Source: Octopus sinensis (lineage: Eukaryota). From it: 64,000 nucleotides of DNA. Numbering within the stretch: the first letter of the stretch is position 1; each line of letters opens with the position of its first letter. The position numbers were made by a program, and so were the translations under genes. Positions 12,655-25,468 of this stretch are shown in pieces. The notes beneath the pieces are model-generated. The model did no database searches, was not told the origin of the DNA, and saw only the letters and a program-made list of their open reading frames with translations. Location of the stretch: NCBI RefSeq assembly GCF_006345805.1, contig NC_043021.1, forward strand, positions 23,374,001-23,438,000. The letters run 5' to 3'.

Positions 12655-12655
<1 letters not shown>
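10521..12655 (-). mobile_element. 5'-truncated Dong/R4-clade RLE non-LTR retrotransposon (family A)
   Basis: RT motifs IDYKKAFDSLPH, GIFQGDSLSPLLF, YMDDLK, YKYLG; CCHC knuckle CRVCKQQNETIDHVVSKC; RLE motifs RHD, RPDIILKD..IDMTVP, KLSKY; stop at 10749-10751; (TAA)n on both sides; frameshifts near 11130 and 10970. Confidence 0.92.
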
Positions 12656-12705
<50 letters not shown>

Positions 12706-12728
12706 GTTACCATTATTTATTATTATTG

Positions 12729-12794
<66 letters not shown>

Positions 12795-12809
12795 TATCAT
12801 TATCATTCA

Positions 12810-13110
12810 GTAGTTTTATTTTTATAGCGTGCTTTTACTTCACTACCGAGCGCAGCTCTGTATGCCTTGGGTATGTGCTGTGATTTGTTGTGATGCTCTG
12901 ATGGTTATTATATTGAAAGTGTTCTGCGTAGTGCAATTTTCTGTATGTTATATGTGTTTGTAAGTCCTGGTGTTTTTGTTATGTATTTGTCTGAATATTT
13001 TTTTATCATGCCTAATGCACCTACTATGATAGGAATTGTTTCTGTTTTTAGATTACACATTATGGTTACCTCTATTTCTAGGTCTTTGTATTTTGAAAGT
13101 TTTTCCGTTT
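12810..13110 (-). mobile_element. Dong/R4-type LINE 3' fragment (family B)
   Basis: Minus strand KLSKYKDLEIEVTIMCNLKTETIPIIVGALGMIKKYSDKYITKTPGL, then a 3'UTR ending in (TAA)n. Confidence 0.8.
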
Positions 13111-14149
13111 CTTTATTGTTATTATTATTCTTATCTGTGTCCGGTTTTGGAGACTAGTTGTTCGGAGCTCTAAGTTTTCTTTAGAATTTGTTGTTCCAAT
13201 GTCTATTTTCAAAATTTTATTGACGACAGAACCCACCTCGCTGTAAGCGGGGCTAGCTGCGGTGGCCAGAATTCGCCTCTTAAAGGTGAAGTTTGAGTTT
13301 TAAAAGCTACAAATTTATATTTTAAAAAGAAAAAGTTCAGCCTGGCTTCCCAAATCGAGGCAATAAAGGTTCTTACATCATCCGTTTTGACGTTTTGTCA
13401 CCTCCGCTTGTTAATATTTTTGAGAAACAATGCAAAGACAGCAGCAGCAGCAGCAGTAGTAGCAACAACAACAGCATCACAACCATCAGCACCAACAAAA
13501 ACATAACAGAAAAATGAAGAGGAGGCAAGGAATCAATCCACTTTGACCCTAAAAAAGAAGACACACCACCAGAAATAGACGGCTGATTCTTGGTGGTAGA
13601 TGTCCTCTTGGACATATAGGTCAAAACGAGCATCTTACAGATGCGGAAACTTTACAAACAAAACTATTCGGGTCAAGGCCTAAAATTGTGGGTGAAAATG
13701 GACAGCCAATGTCTGGACACAATTCCAGATATCATAAATTCACACGTTGGCACCAACCTCCACGTGGCCTTTGAAAGCTGATGGTTTCGGTATCATCTGT
13801 GTGGGAACACAAATCATCTAAAATTCTTCTATTGCCCACAACAAATTAGAGAAAGGAGCCTCTCAATTTTGCCAACATCATCAACACCACCACCACAGCA
13901 ACAATAGCAACAGCACCAACAGAGGCAGGTGACCATCGTGGCTACAAAATCAAGAATAACAGTAGCAGCAACACTAATCGCAGCAGCACGGGCAGCAGCA
14001 AAAACAACAGCATCAACCCCGGTCCCCACCACCAAAAACGCAACAACGTTATGAATAGGACAACGCCAAAAAGCTCTACAAGATTTGCCCCTCCCCTGTT
14101 CGGAGCACTCAGACATACCTTGCGCGGATAGGGACGACGAAAGACAAAA

Positions 14150-16660
14150 ATGGCAAGTAGTCGCCTGAACACACAAAAGAAAAAGAAACAGAACCCAAAA
14201 CACACAGACAATTCAGACATAGACTTGCCCAAATGCATCAATAAATTAACATTGATATTTTTTCACCGTTGTTGCAATCATCTGAAATGCAACTGTCAAA
14301 GCGCGATCTTCGAAAAAATTTTGTTGATAAAAGGCAAGTCATAAAAAGGGCTATTTCTAGTTACAAAAAAAGCACTTCTGGTTTTGTTCAAATGCTTGGA
14401 ACCAACAATGAAGCTAAATAATGTAGTTAGACAATTGCTCAATGTAAAGCTGAGAAAGGTAAACCTTTTACAGCCGGAGAATTTATCAAAAAAGATTTTC
14501 TGAGAAGTGCAAAACTTTTGTTCAGTGATCAAGCAAACGCTGAATAAATACTGTCTCGAATTCAAGAAATACCAACTTCTGCATGATCAGTTGAGAGACG
14601 TGTAACTGATATAGCTGAAAACATAATTATAACACAGAAAGTTAGATTACAAAAAGCTGCTGCATTCAGTGACCCCTATCGATGAAAGTACTCAAGTGAA
14701 TGACATGGCGCACCTAGCAATTGTTGCAAGATACTGGGACAATGATCGTATTTACGAAGAATCATGTGTTTTTGATTATTCCTCTTACCAATACATCTAC
14801 AGGACAGGACATCTGACTGCATTTCTAAATTATTTCAAAAATCAAGCCATTAATACAAATAAAATATTTTGTATTACTACTGGTGGTGCACGTGCAGTGG
14901 GTGGAAAGGAAAAAAAGATTTATTAAGCGTCTTGAAAATCACATTTCACGCAGTTTAATGTGTTTTAATTGCATTGTACATCAGGAAAATTAGTTGCAAA
15001 ACTTTCGTCACAAAGCTTGAGTTCTGTCGTGGAAACTGTTGTTAAAATAGTTAACTTCATGGTTTCTTGCTCTTCACTGACTCACAGACAATTTAAGTCT
15101 CTTCTGCAGGAACTGGACAGCGAATATGCAGACTTCCCACTTCACAGTAAAGTCCTGCAGCGTAGACTCGGTTAAAATTCCTCTCTCCCATTTATTATAT
15201 ATACGTGCATTCGAACGTAGAAGGGAACAGCTATCCGGTTGCCGCTATTTGGATCCCGTTCTGTCCACTACTCTGATTAGTTGGTATTGGCGCAATTTGT
15301 CGCGCCAAACTACCGCGTATCACCAGTCGGAGTCAGCCTGTTCTCTACCCCGTTTTGGCCTACTTCTCCTTATAAACGCTCCCCCTTTTCTCCTTTCGTC
15401 TTTTGGTTCCAGAACTTTTAAGGACTAGCCTCTGACCACAAAGACACAGCCAGTTCCAGAGACTTACCAACTTTGTCCAACAGCATTCCAACAACCTCCA
15501 TCTTCGTCGCTATCACCATGTCCTTAACGTCTTCAACATCATCTCTCTATGTACACAGCTCTGCAAGCGATGCACCCAGGTTCCAACACTTCACTGTTCA
15601 TGAATTACTTCATCATGGGTCAACAACAAATATACAACCAGTATGAATTCCTGTACAAGTTACCCAGGCAGCAGCATCACAGCCACGACATCACGTTCAA
15701 CATATACCTCTAATTGTCTCCTACATCTATGAACCCATACGCATACATTCTGTTCTCATGACGGCATGTCTATCGTTCAGTATACATGATGCACACACAG
15801 ACACATCTGTTAACATATCAATAAATCTTCTTTTAATCATTCTACGCGGTTGTCTCCTTTATCCATCTGGCAAATAGATGGTACTATCAATTTTCTCTTT
15901 ATTGTAAGGGCTGTGTGATGTGGTACTAAAGAGCCATTCTTGTCAACTCGCATCGCACGGTCCTTACAGTCCGTTGGCTTTGTCGGGGTAATGTTTTGAA
16001 CAGATTTGTATCATGCTTAGAAGAATATTTCTTGAAAGGAAACAGTTGCCAGAATTGAACAACGAAGACGGGTTATTTAAAATGATGCTTCTAAGTGACA
16101 GGTACTTGAATGATTAAAATTTGCATTTACAAGAGAGAGGTCAAAATGTACTTGATGATTTTGAATATTGGAAAGGATTTTGTTAAAATCAGATTTTTTT
16201 TGCGTGATAAACTTAGCAATACATAAAAATACTTTCCAAATGTAAAAGCTTATTCAAATCGATTTAATATTTAATAAAAACGAACTTCAAAAATATATTG
16301 CAACGTTGAAAGAAGAATTTTCCAAGTGAGATAAATATTTCGAAACAAATTCTCCTATATTTTCATTTCTCATGAAACCTGACTTTGAGGGATTTGAAAA
16401 CGAACTCATTTCATCTTTCCCTTTTTGGCTCAATAACAAATATACAGGATAGTTTTGAAGTGGAAATGATTGAATTAACCACTTCAGAATTATGGGGGGA
16501 AAGATTTATGGAATAACGAAAATCTCTTGAAAGAAGCAGCTTACAGAATTCAGTTGCCATCTTCAATCGCTGGGAGACGTTGCCTGAAAGATTCGGTTCT
16601 TTGAAGAAAATCGCCTCAGCTCGGCTTTCACCCTTTAGCTCAACATATACAGGATTACCC
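14150..16660 (+). mobile_element. Degenerate hAT (Charlie/SPIN/Buster-like) transposase, interrupted by a solo LTR
   Basis: Fragments DEST..NDMAHLAIVARY, ETVVKIVNF..LTHRQFKSLLQELDSEYADFPLHSKV|RWL..GNVLNRFVSCLEE, FGSLKKIASARLSPFSSTY; many stops. Confidence 0.8.
15156..15968. mobile_element. Solo LTR (Ty3/gypsy-like), 813 bp
   Basis: TG...CA termini flanked by GTCC direct repeats (15152-15155, 15969-15972); removing it restores hAT AAA GTC CGT TGG (KVRW). Confidence 0.8.
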
Positions 16661-16679
16661 CAAATCAACAGAACCTATA

Positions 16680-17373
16680 AAATTTCGGTTTCCGTCTACC
16701 CAATCCACTCACAAAGATTTGGTCATCCCGAGACTATAGTAGAAAACAATTTCCCAAAATGCCATGCAGTGGAAACTGAATCTGGATCTACGTGCTTGCG
16801 GAGCAAGTTTCTTACCACACAGCCACGCCTATGCATGTGTGTTTATGTATAAGTCTATATATACGATGGACAGGACAAACAAATATTTAAATAATATTTC
16901 TGACGTGCGTGTAACAAAGTTATTCTATTAAGTTGCATAGTTATAGAAAGATAGAGAGAGAGGGAAAAATAAATCATATATACGTGTGTGTGTATAAATG
17001 TTAAATCTTAAAAGAAAAGTAACAAAAATTGATTTCACTATTTGCGTTCTGAGTTCCTTTCCTGTCGAACTCCCCTTTGCCTTTCATTTCTCAGAGGTGC
17101 TGAAGTCCAATTACTCGACTTTCGACCTTCCCCACAAAAACACAACCACTGGCCTTGTACCTAATCCAGAAACCACTTAGTAGGTGGCAATCTAGGATTT
17201 TAGGACAAAGAATTGCTACGCGGTGTCATATGTAATCATGTATGATTATACAAAGATGCATGAGGATATATATACATACACAAACGCGCACAAATATATG
17301 TGTGTATGAGTGTGTGTGTGCACATGAGTGTGTGTATCTATGTACATTTGTATATATATATATATATATATAA

Positions 17374-17416
<43 letters not shown>

Positions 17417-17863
17417 GTATATATGTATGTACAAGCGAGCGTGTGTCTACATGCGTGTGTGAATACATGCACATATGTACGAAGCGAAACATTCACACAC
17501 ACACACACACGTATATATATAGGTATATAAATACATAGATATATATTCATACGCATTTAGATGTATACACACGCATATATGTGTATTCTTTTTCTTTAAT
17601 TCTTTTACTTGTTGAAGTCATTTGCCTGCGCCCATGCTGGAGCACTATATCAAAAGCCTTGAAGCCCAATAAATTGACATCAGGGTATATTATTTGTAAG
17701 CCAAATACTTATTTTATTGGCCTCTTTTGCCGAACCGCAATGTTAAGGAGGGGAGCGTAAAAAACCTGCAGTCAAGATATGAAAGGGTAACAAACATAGT
17801 CGCAAAGACAGAAGAAACACACATATACACAAAAAAACTCACACATATATGCATCAATATATA

Positions 17864-17956
<93 letters not shown>

Positions 17957-18630
17957 AAGAACTTTTTTCGGTTTCCGTCTACCTAATCCACTCGTAAGGC
18001 TTTGGTCAGCCCGAGGCTATAGTAGAAGACACTTTCCCAAATTGCCATGCAGTGAAACTGAAACCTGGAACTATCTGCTTGCGGAGCAAGTTTCTTACCA
18101 CACAGCCACGCCTATGCATGTGTGTTTATGTATAAGTCTATATACAGGATGAACAGGACAAACAAATATTTAAATAATAGTTCGTACGTGCGTGTAACAA
18201 CGTTATGGTCGCTTGGAACCAAATGCTCACCGACAAACGACCGCCAGGAACAACATTATTCTATTAAGTTGCATAGTTATAGAAAGATAGAGAGAGAGGG
18301 AAAAATAAATCATATATATATGTGTGTGTGTATATATAAATTTTAAATCTTAAAAGAAAAGTAACAAAAATTGATTTGTCTATTTGCCTTTCACTTCTCA
18401 GAGGTGCTGAAGTCCAATTACTCGACTGTCCACCTCCCCCACAAAAACATAACCTCTGGCCTTGTACCTAAGCCAGAGACAACATTATATGAGCGGCAAT
18501 CTAGGATTTCAGGACAAAGAATTGCTACGCGGTGTCATATGTAATCATGTATGGTATATAAAGATGCATGAGGATATATATACATACACAAATACGGACA
18601 AATATATGAGTGTGTATGAGTGTGTGTATA
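16680..18630. repeat. Local direct duplication of ~650 bp (16680-17350 vs 17965-18630) with SINE heads
   Basis: Shared blocks such as cggagcaagtttcttaccacacagccacgcctatgcatgtgtgtttatgtataag and ggcaatctaggattt..ggacaaagaattgctacgcggtgtcatatgtaatc, offset about 1.28 kb. Confidence 0.85.
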
Positions 18631-18739
18631 TATGACTTCAGTTTTAATTTTTAAAAGAAATTTTTAAAAGAAATTAAATAAGTTTTATCAACTTATCTGA
18701 ATATTGTATTGCCTCATATAAGTTTTTTGTCTCACGTTC

Positions 18740-19450
18740 CAGCAGCTATCCGATAAGTATACTGAATGAAATACCCGGTGGTAATAATTCTCTATATTTT
18801 TTTTAAACGAGAGTGGCAGTATTTTCCTTTGTTGTGTGTGATTGGCTTAAATTCTTTAATATCCGGAAAATAAATCCATTTTCCAGCTATCCACCATTCC
18901 TACACGTCAAGTGTTGAAATGGTCACTGTGTAACATGAGATGAAGTGTCTTTCGCGCCATACGCCTCTCGGGTCTGTATTTGAAATCACGACCTTGTTAT
19001 CGTGAATAGCATCCCTAATCACGACTTCATGTGTTCTCGACTTCTTTTATATTACCAAAACTTTATTTTTCATATGTCCTGACAACACCCAGAGAATATT
19101 CTTATCTACTTGACGCTTTTCTAAAACAAACGCCATTGTTTTTGTCGATTATTGGGATGGCGATATCTGCTCAAAGATACGACCTCATCTCTCTAGTTAC
19201 TAAAATGCAAACCCGACGAATTTTCCTCGTTTCCCAGAATATATTTCAGTTGTTTCTAAAGAATGCTTGTTGTTCACTGGTGACAAGACTATGATCAGAG
19301 GCGTTTCGGTCATGATCATCCCGTCGATTCACTTATACTGCAATGTGTGTTGTGTCCTTTCCGTTGTTAAGACGGTAGGGCGTGAGACAATGGAATATCA
19401 TTGTCTCAAATGCTCACGATAGGGCTGATAGCGCAAATGTTCAAGTAATG
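18740..19450 (-). mobile_element. Highly degenerate mariner-like transposase relic
   Basis: Weak resemblance to mariner catalytic-region motifs (e.g. IHDN); heavily disrupted. Confidence 0.35.
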
Positions 19451-19943
19451 GACATTCATTAGTCCTGAAACCTACATCTTCAATAATTATTGTAATGCAT
19501 CACATGATGTGGATGTTAATTTTCATAGCTCTCTCCGAAATATTAGTCCGAGCTTACTATCAAGATAAACCATCAATTTATTAAATGACATCCAGGACTG
19601 AATTATTCTGCTACTTGCAGAAGAATGAAAGTGATATTCTAAGTGGTTTACTCTCCATGTGTGTTTAGCATATTGTAACTTTCATGTACATGGGTTATCT
19701 CAAGTACAACATACCCTCGAATATTTAGGGGCGTCCAGTTCACCCTGTGTAACTTGTCGCAGGACTCACACGGCAGATGCAGGTATTAGAGGGTAAAGAC
19801 GGTACTAATTCCCTAAGTTGTTCACGTGAGCATCCGCATAACAATTTATTATTATTCCATATACACACAACAGTTTAGAATGTGTGAGTACGTTTGTGTA
19901 TATATATATGTAAATTTATATACATATATGTATATATATATAT

Positions 19944-20006
<63 letters not shown>

Positions 20007-20143
20007 TAATATATGTATATATTAAAGTATATGTTGGCGTCTAAGTGAATGTGTGTGTGTGTGAGTACATGCAGAAGTGTACGGCGTTCAACATACACAC
20101 ACAGACACACACACACAGAACATACACACACACTCACAGTATA

Positions 20144-20216
<73 letters not shown>

Positions 20217-20221
20217 CACAC

Positions 20222-20395
20222 ATAGGCGTAGAGTGGCTGTGTGGTAAGTAACTTGTTTACCAACCACATGGTTCAGGGTTCAGTCCCACTGGGTGGCATC
20301 TTGGGCGAGTGTCTTGTACTATAGCCTCGGGCGACCAAAGCCTCGTGAGTGGATCTCGTAGACGGAAACTGAAGGATGCCCCGTGGTAAATATGT
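20222..20395 (+). mobile_element. tRNA-derived SINE head (octopus OK/OR-like)
   Basis: A-box-like TGGCTGTGTGGTAAG and B-box-like GGTTCAGTCCC, followed by the conserved body seen in many copies in this window. Confidence 0.8.
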
Positions 20396-20399
20396 ACAT

Positions 20400-20515
20400 G
20401 TTTGGCCCGAGGCTATAGTAGAAAACACTTACCCAAGCTGCCACACAGTGGGACTGATCTCGGAACCAGGGGGCTGGTAAACAAGCTACTTACCACTCAG
20501 CCACTCCTACGCCTA
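20400..20515 (-). mobile_element. tRNA-derived SINE head, inverted relative to 20222-20395
   Basis: Reverse complement gtaggcgtaggagtggctgagtggtaagtagcttgtttacc...ctatagcctcgggcc. Confidence 0.75.
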
Positions 20516-21811
20516 CAGTCTCAAACAATGAAAATTATTTTAGAATTCTCTATCTTATATTTTCCTTACACGCTCCCATACACACACACATATATATATA
20601 GATATATTTAACACCTTTTAGCTGAAGGCAGAGATTTATTGCATAGATTAAATTAAAGTATATGAAGAAGACAAGCTTTATATTTTTTATTTCAGGAAAA
20701 AATTGATTCTCAAATTTTGAATTTCCTTGAAATATAAAAATCCAAAACATTTTCTGTCTTTCAAATTTATCAACTATTTTTGAGATTCTTTAAAAACATA
20801 TAAACATTCTCTTCTTGTAAACATACTTGAAATCCTGGACACAATTTTTATTGTTTATAAAATGATTTGAGAAAACCAGCTCAACTGTGAATATAAAAGT
20901 ATGTATATTCGAGTTCATGTATGTATGAATGTATGTATGTATGTATGTATATATGTATGTATCTATGTATGTATGAATGTATGTACGTATGTATGTATGT
21001 CTCTGCGTATGTATGTATGTATGTCTGTATGTATGTATGTATGTATGAATGTATGTATGTATGTTTGTATGTATGTATGTATGTTTGTATGTATGTATGT
21101 ATGTATGTTTGTATGTATGTATGTTTGTATGTATGTATGTATGTATATATGTATGTATGTATGTATGTATGTAAAGCATATAAAAATTTATATAATGATC
21201 AAGCTATAAAAATATTCTATATATAAAAATTAGTCAGAAAAAGGCAGATATACAGTAAAAATATAATTACACATTTATTGGATGGCTGTTGATTCTCAAG
21301 AGTTCCTCCGCCCTTTAACGGGTTTTGTTTCTCTTGTCCAATAAACACCCTCCTCACCAAGCAAGCTTGGTGTACGTATGTATGCATGTTTAGAAAACCA
21401 TCATTGAAGCATGCTGTAAATGTGTTAGTACCTGATAAACTTGCTACATTTTCGAAAATAGCAATTCCACAAATAGATACACATAAAATATGCGCCAGAC
21501 CTAGAGAGAAATATTGGGGTTCATATGATCGATCGAACATACCAAGTTAATGCTCCTGGATGGCCACGCTTCAATGATTAACTCACATATTATATAGCTT
21601 GAAATATCTCCACTGCCACCACCATTTAGTCTGTTAATTTATATCCATCTACAAACGTCACACTCACCCTTCAATTATTATTCATGTCTCTCTTTCTCAT
21701 CTACAATGTACACTTTTACATAATTATTTCCATTTCTCTTTCAATTCACTGGACAATTCCACAGAATTCATCAATAATATTTCGAAATCCTTCTTTGTTT
21801 CCTTAGCAGGT

Positions 21812-22908
21812 CTGGTTCTGAGTTTTTTTTCTCTCTCCTTTCTTCTACTCTTCCTTCTTTGTTTCCTTAGCAGGTCTCGATGCCTCTCTTTTATCTCTTC
21901 ATATAGCAGCTTTAGCCCTTCTCTTTCCTCCTCCTTTGCCTCCCTCAATCTGGTTCTGAGTTTTTTTTCTCTCTCCTTTCTTCTACTCTTCCTTCTTTGT
22001 TTCCTTAGCAGGTCTCGATGCCTCTTTTTATCTCTTCATATAGCTACTTTAGCCCTTCTCTTTCCTCCTCCTTTGCCTCCCTCCATCTGGTTCTGAGTTT
22101 TTTTCTCTCTCCTTTCTTCTACTCTTCCTTCTTTGTTTCCTTAGCAGGTCTCGATGCCTCTCTTTTATCTCTTCATATAGCTGCTTTAGCCCTTCTCTTT
22201 CCTCCTCCTTTGCCTCCCTCCATCTGGTTCTGAGTTTTTTTTCTCTCTCCTTTCTTCTACTCTTCCTTCTTTGTTCCTTAGCAGGTCTCGATGCCTCTTT
22301 TTTATCTCTTCATATAGCTTCTTTAGCCCTCTCTTTCCTCTCCTTTGCCTCCCTCCATCTGGTTCTGAGTTTTTTTTCTCTCTCCTTTCTTCTACTCTTC
22401 CTTCTTTGTTTCCTTAGCAGGTCTCGATGCCTCTCTTTTATCTCTTCATATAGCTACTTTAGCCCTTCTCTTTCCTCCTCCTTTGCCTCCCTCCATCTGG
22501 TTCTGAGTTTTTTTTCTCTCTCCTTTCTTCTACTCTTCCTTCTTTGTTTCCTTAGCAGGTCTCGATGCCTCTCTTTTATCTCTTCATATAGCTACTTTAG
22601 CCCTTCTCTTTCCTCCTCCTTTGCCTCCCTCCATCTGGTTCTGAGTTTTTTTCTCTCTCCTTTCTTCTACTCTTCCTTCTTTGTTTCCTTAGCAGGTCTC
22701 GATGCCTCTCTTTTATCTCTTCATATAGCTGCTTTAGCCCTTCTCTTTCCTCCTCCTTTGCCTCCCTCCATCTGGTTCTGAGTTTTTTTCTCTCTCCTTT
22801 CTTCTACTCTTCCTTCTTTGTTTCCTTAGCAGGTCTCGATGCCTCTCTTTTATCTCTTCATATAGCTGCTTTAGCCCTTCTCTTTCCTCCTCCTTTGCCT
22901 CCCCATCT
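21812..22908 (-). repeat. 135-138-bp tandem repeat, 8 units, running into the assembly gap
   Basis: ctggttctgag recurs at 21812, 21950, 22087, 22224, 22359, 22497, 22635, 22772; the 138-bp unit is 46 stop-free codons on the minus strand. Confidence 0.95.
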
Positions 22909-23008
22909 NNNNNNNNNNNNNNNNNNNNNNNNNNNNNNNNNNNNNNNNNNNNNNNNNNNNNNNNNNNNNNNNNNNNNNNNNNNNNNNNNNNNNNNNNNNN
23001 NNNNNNNN
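22909..23008. other. Assembly gap (100 N)
   Basis: Run of N; ORFs that span it are artefacts. Confidence 1.
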
Positions 23009-25277
23009 ACCAAACTTGCCTCTCTACTCTCACTTTCCTTTTCAGTGGTACCTTGAAGAAGTTGATGAGAGATTGACCAGAGAGGAAAGTGTTTGTCTCC
23101 ATCCTTTCAGACGCGTCCACCAGATACATTCTTTCGCCCTAGCCACAAGGATGATTGAAAATAGCTCTTCCTTCCCGTTTGAAGGAAGGAGGCGTGACAA
23201 TATTGACGATAGACTCAGCTGATAAACCGACTCGTCCACACGTGACAAGCTGTTGTTCGACATAAGCCCACAAGGTCGGAAATTGTTGACACTGCACGAG
23301 TGCGTGCAAGAACGGTTTCGTCTCGCTCTGACCGCATCTCGGGCAGGTCGGCCCCGTGTTTTCTCGAGCCGTGTCTGTAGAGCTTATCCCGAACGGGTAG
23401 TGCTTCTCGGTAGCACTGCCAGGCCAGGGATCTCTGGAAGTTGTCCATGGGCCCTGGCCCGAAAGTCATCCTGAACAGGCGGGTCAGGTACTCCCTCGTC
23501 GACGTCCAGGTTCGCCCCGAGCTCGTCGTCGTACCTCCCCTCCACTAAACACCTATAGAAGGCTTTGGTTGTGTTGAAGTCACTCAAGGTCGACCCAGGA
23601 CGGCAGAGTTGCTTGAGAGCAACGCGACACTCGCGGTGCCAATCGCCCTTCCTCGGCCTCTTTTTGATCCACGACTGCAGTTCGTCATGGAGACGAGCTG
23701 CAGGAAAAGCGGCCTCACAAACGGCGACCACACCTGTTCACCGTCGTCTACATAGAGCCAGAGATGTCGCAGTCTCAGCGCCTTTCTGCGCATCATCAAC
23801 CACGGCATGCCCAGCCTCCTTTTAACGGGTGTTGACAGTAAATGGATCGCCTGACCATCGGGACGCATCCTTCCACAAGAAGCGAAAGAGAATGCGTTGT
23901 AGTTTGGTGATGGTAGGTCGGACAAGGTACGACGGTCAGGCGGTAGTAGATGACGGACGCGATGTACGTGTTCGCCACCGTCCGCCCGACCTTTTAGGGA
24001 CAGTTTCCTCTCGGCCCATTGCGGGCGAGAGTGACCACCCTGCTCGTTATCTCGTTCCAGAGTTTTTCTCCACTTGGAGGTCCGGACCAAACCAGACCCC
24101 GAGCAACTCAACCGGGCCGTCGGTCCAGCGTCCCACGACGGAGGCGCTGGTGGACGGCATGGGCTTGCTTCTCCAGGTGCCTAGTCGCAAGCCCACTGAC
24201 TTTTCCCAGTTGATTTTCGCTCCTGTCACGCCGCTTCGTAGTTTTTCAGTGTATCGCCGACCTGCTCGCTGCTCGTGGTAGACACTATGACGGTGACGTC
24301 GTCCGCGTATGCAGACACGCTCGTCCCGCATCCCCAGTTCTCGCTGGATGCCTCTCAAGGTTGCCAGCTTCCGCAATAATGGCTCGAGAGTCAATACGTA
24401 TAGAAGCGACGAGAGGGGGCATCCCTGACGGACCGAACGTGCGATGTCGAAGGTTCTCGATAGATGTCCATTCACGCGAATTACCGAACGGATGCCTCTG
24501 TACAAAGCGGCTATCCAGCCGCGGAAGACGGGACCGAAGCCACCCGCTCCGAGGACCGCCTCCAAGTATCGATGGTCCACCCTATCGAAAGCTTTCGATT
24601 GATCCAAATTGATCAGCGCCCCACCCATGCCAGGTTCGTTAACTCCTTGTCTATGATGTAGCGCATCAGGTGGAGGTTGTCATGGATGGTCCGGCTGGCA
24701 CGGCGCATGTTTGCGCCCTTGTCGACCAGTTTCTCGGATGACAAGCGCCAACCTCTTGGCTAGCACCTTGGCCAAAATTTTCAAGTCTGCATTAAGCAGA
24801 GTGATGGGCCTAAAGTTATCTATTACGTTTCCCTGTGTTAGATCTTCTTCAGCAGTGTTACGGCTCCTCGGCTCACAAACCAGGAATGCTCCCGTTTGCT
24901 GCCAGTTGCAGTACACCGCCGCCAAGAGATCTCCAAACAAGTCTGGCATACAATTGTAAAGCTCGTAGGGTAGACCATCCAAACCCGTGATTTGTCCCCC
25001 AAGCATTCTGCCATCGCTTCCTGCATTTCCGCCGCCGTGTGATGGCACTTCGCAGCACCCTGCCTTTCTTGTCGAGAGTCGTGGTAGGCTATGTAGGTAG
25101 GCACTGAAGTCCACCCTACGTTCTTGCCCTCCACTCGTTCCGAACAGTCGGGCAAAATGCTGCTGAAAGGCCTCACACATTTTACTTGGCTCGAGCAATT
25201 CGCGCCCCTGTTCATCTACCAGGGACCGAATGGTGGCTTTGTTGCCCTGTTGCGCCTCTGCCACCCGGGCCTCTCTC

Positions 25278-25278
<1 letters not shown>
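23009..25278 (-). mobile_element. Tx1-like LINE copy E1, 5'-truncated and frameshifted ORF2
   Basis: FRPITLLNADLKILAKVLA, LDQSKAFDRVDH, VRQGCPLS, C-terminal zinc-finger region; 5' end abuts (GATA)n at 25278; 3' end lost in the gap. Confidence 0.92.
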
Positions 25279-25367
<89 letters not shown>

Positions 25368-25395
25368 TCAAACAGACAGATAGACAGACAGACAG
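25278..25395 (+). repeat. (GATA)n microsatellite
   Basis: Direct reading. Confidence 0.95.
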
Positions 25396-25468
25396 ATAGA
25401 CACACAGACAGATAGATAAATATGTTTATTATCTTTGTTATACCCACACATGCATATAGTATAATATA

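Noticed and set aside
21812-22908. CRISPR-like array
   Set aside because: Units are contiguous near-identical repeats with no unique spacers, in a eukaryotic context.
22734-23129. ORF joining Tx1 C-terminus to the 138-bp repeat
   Set aside because: Spans the 100-N gap; adjacency is not established.
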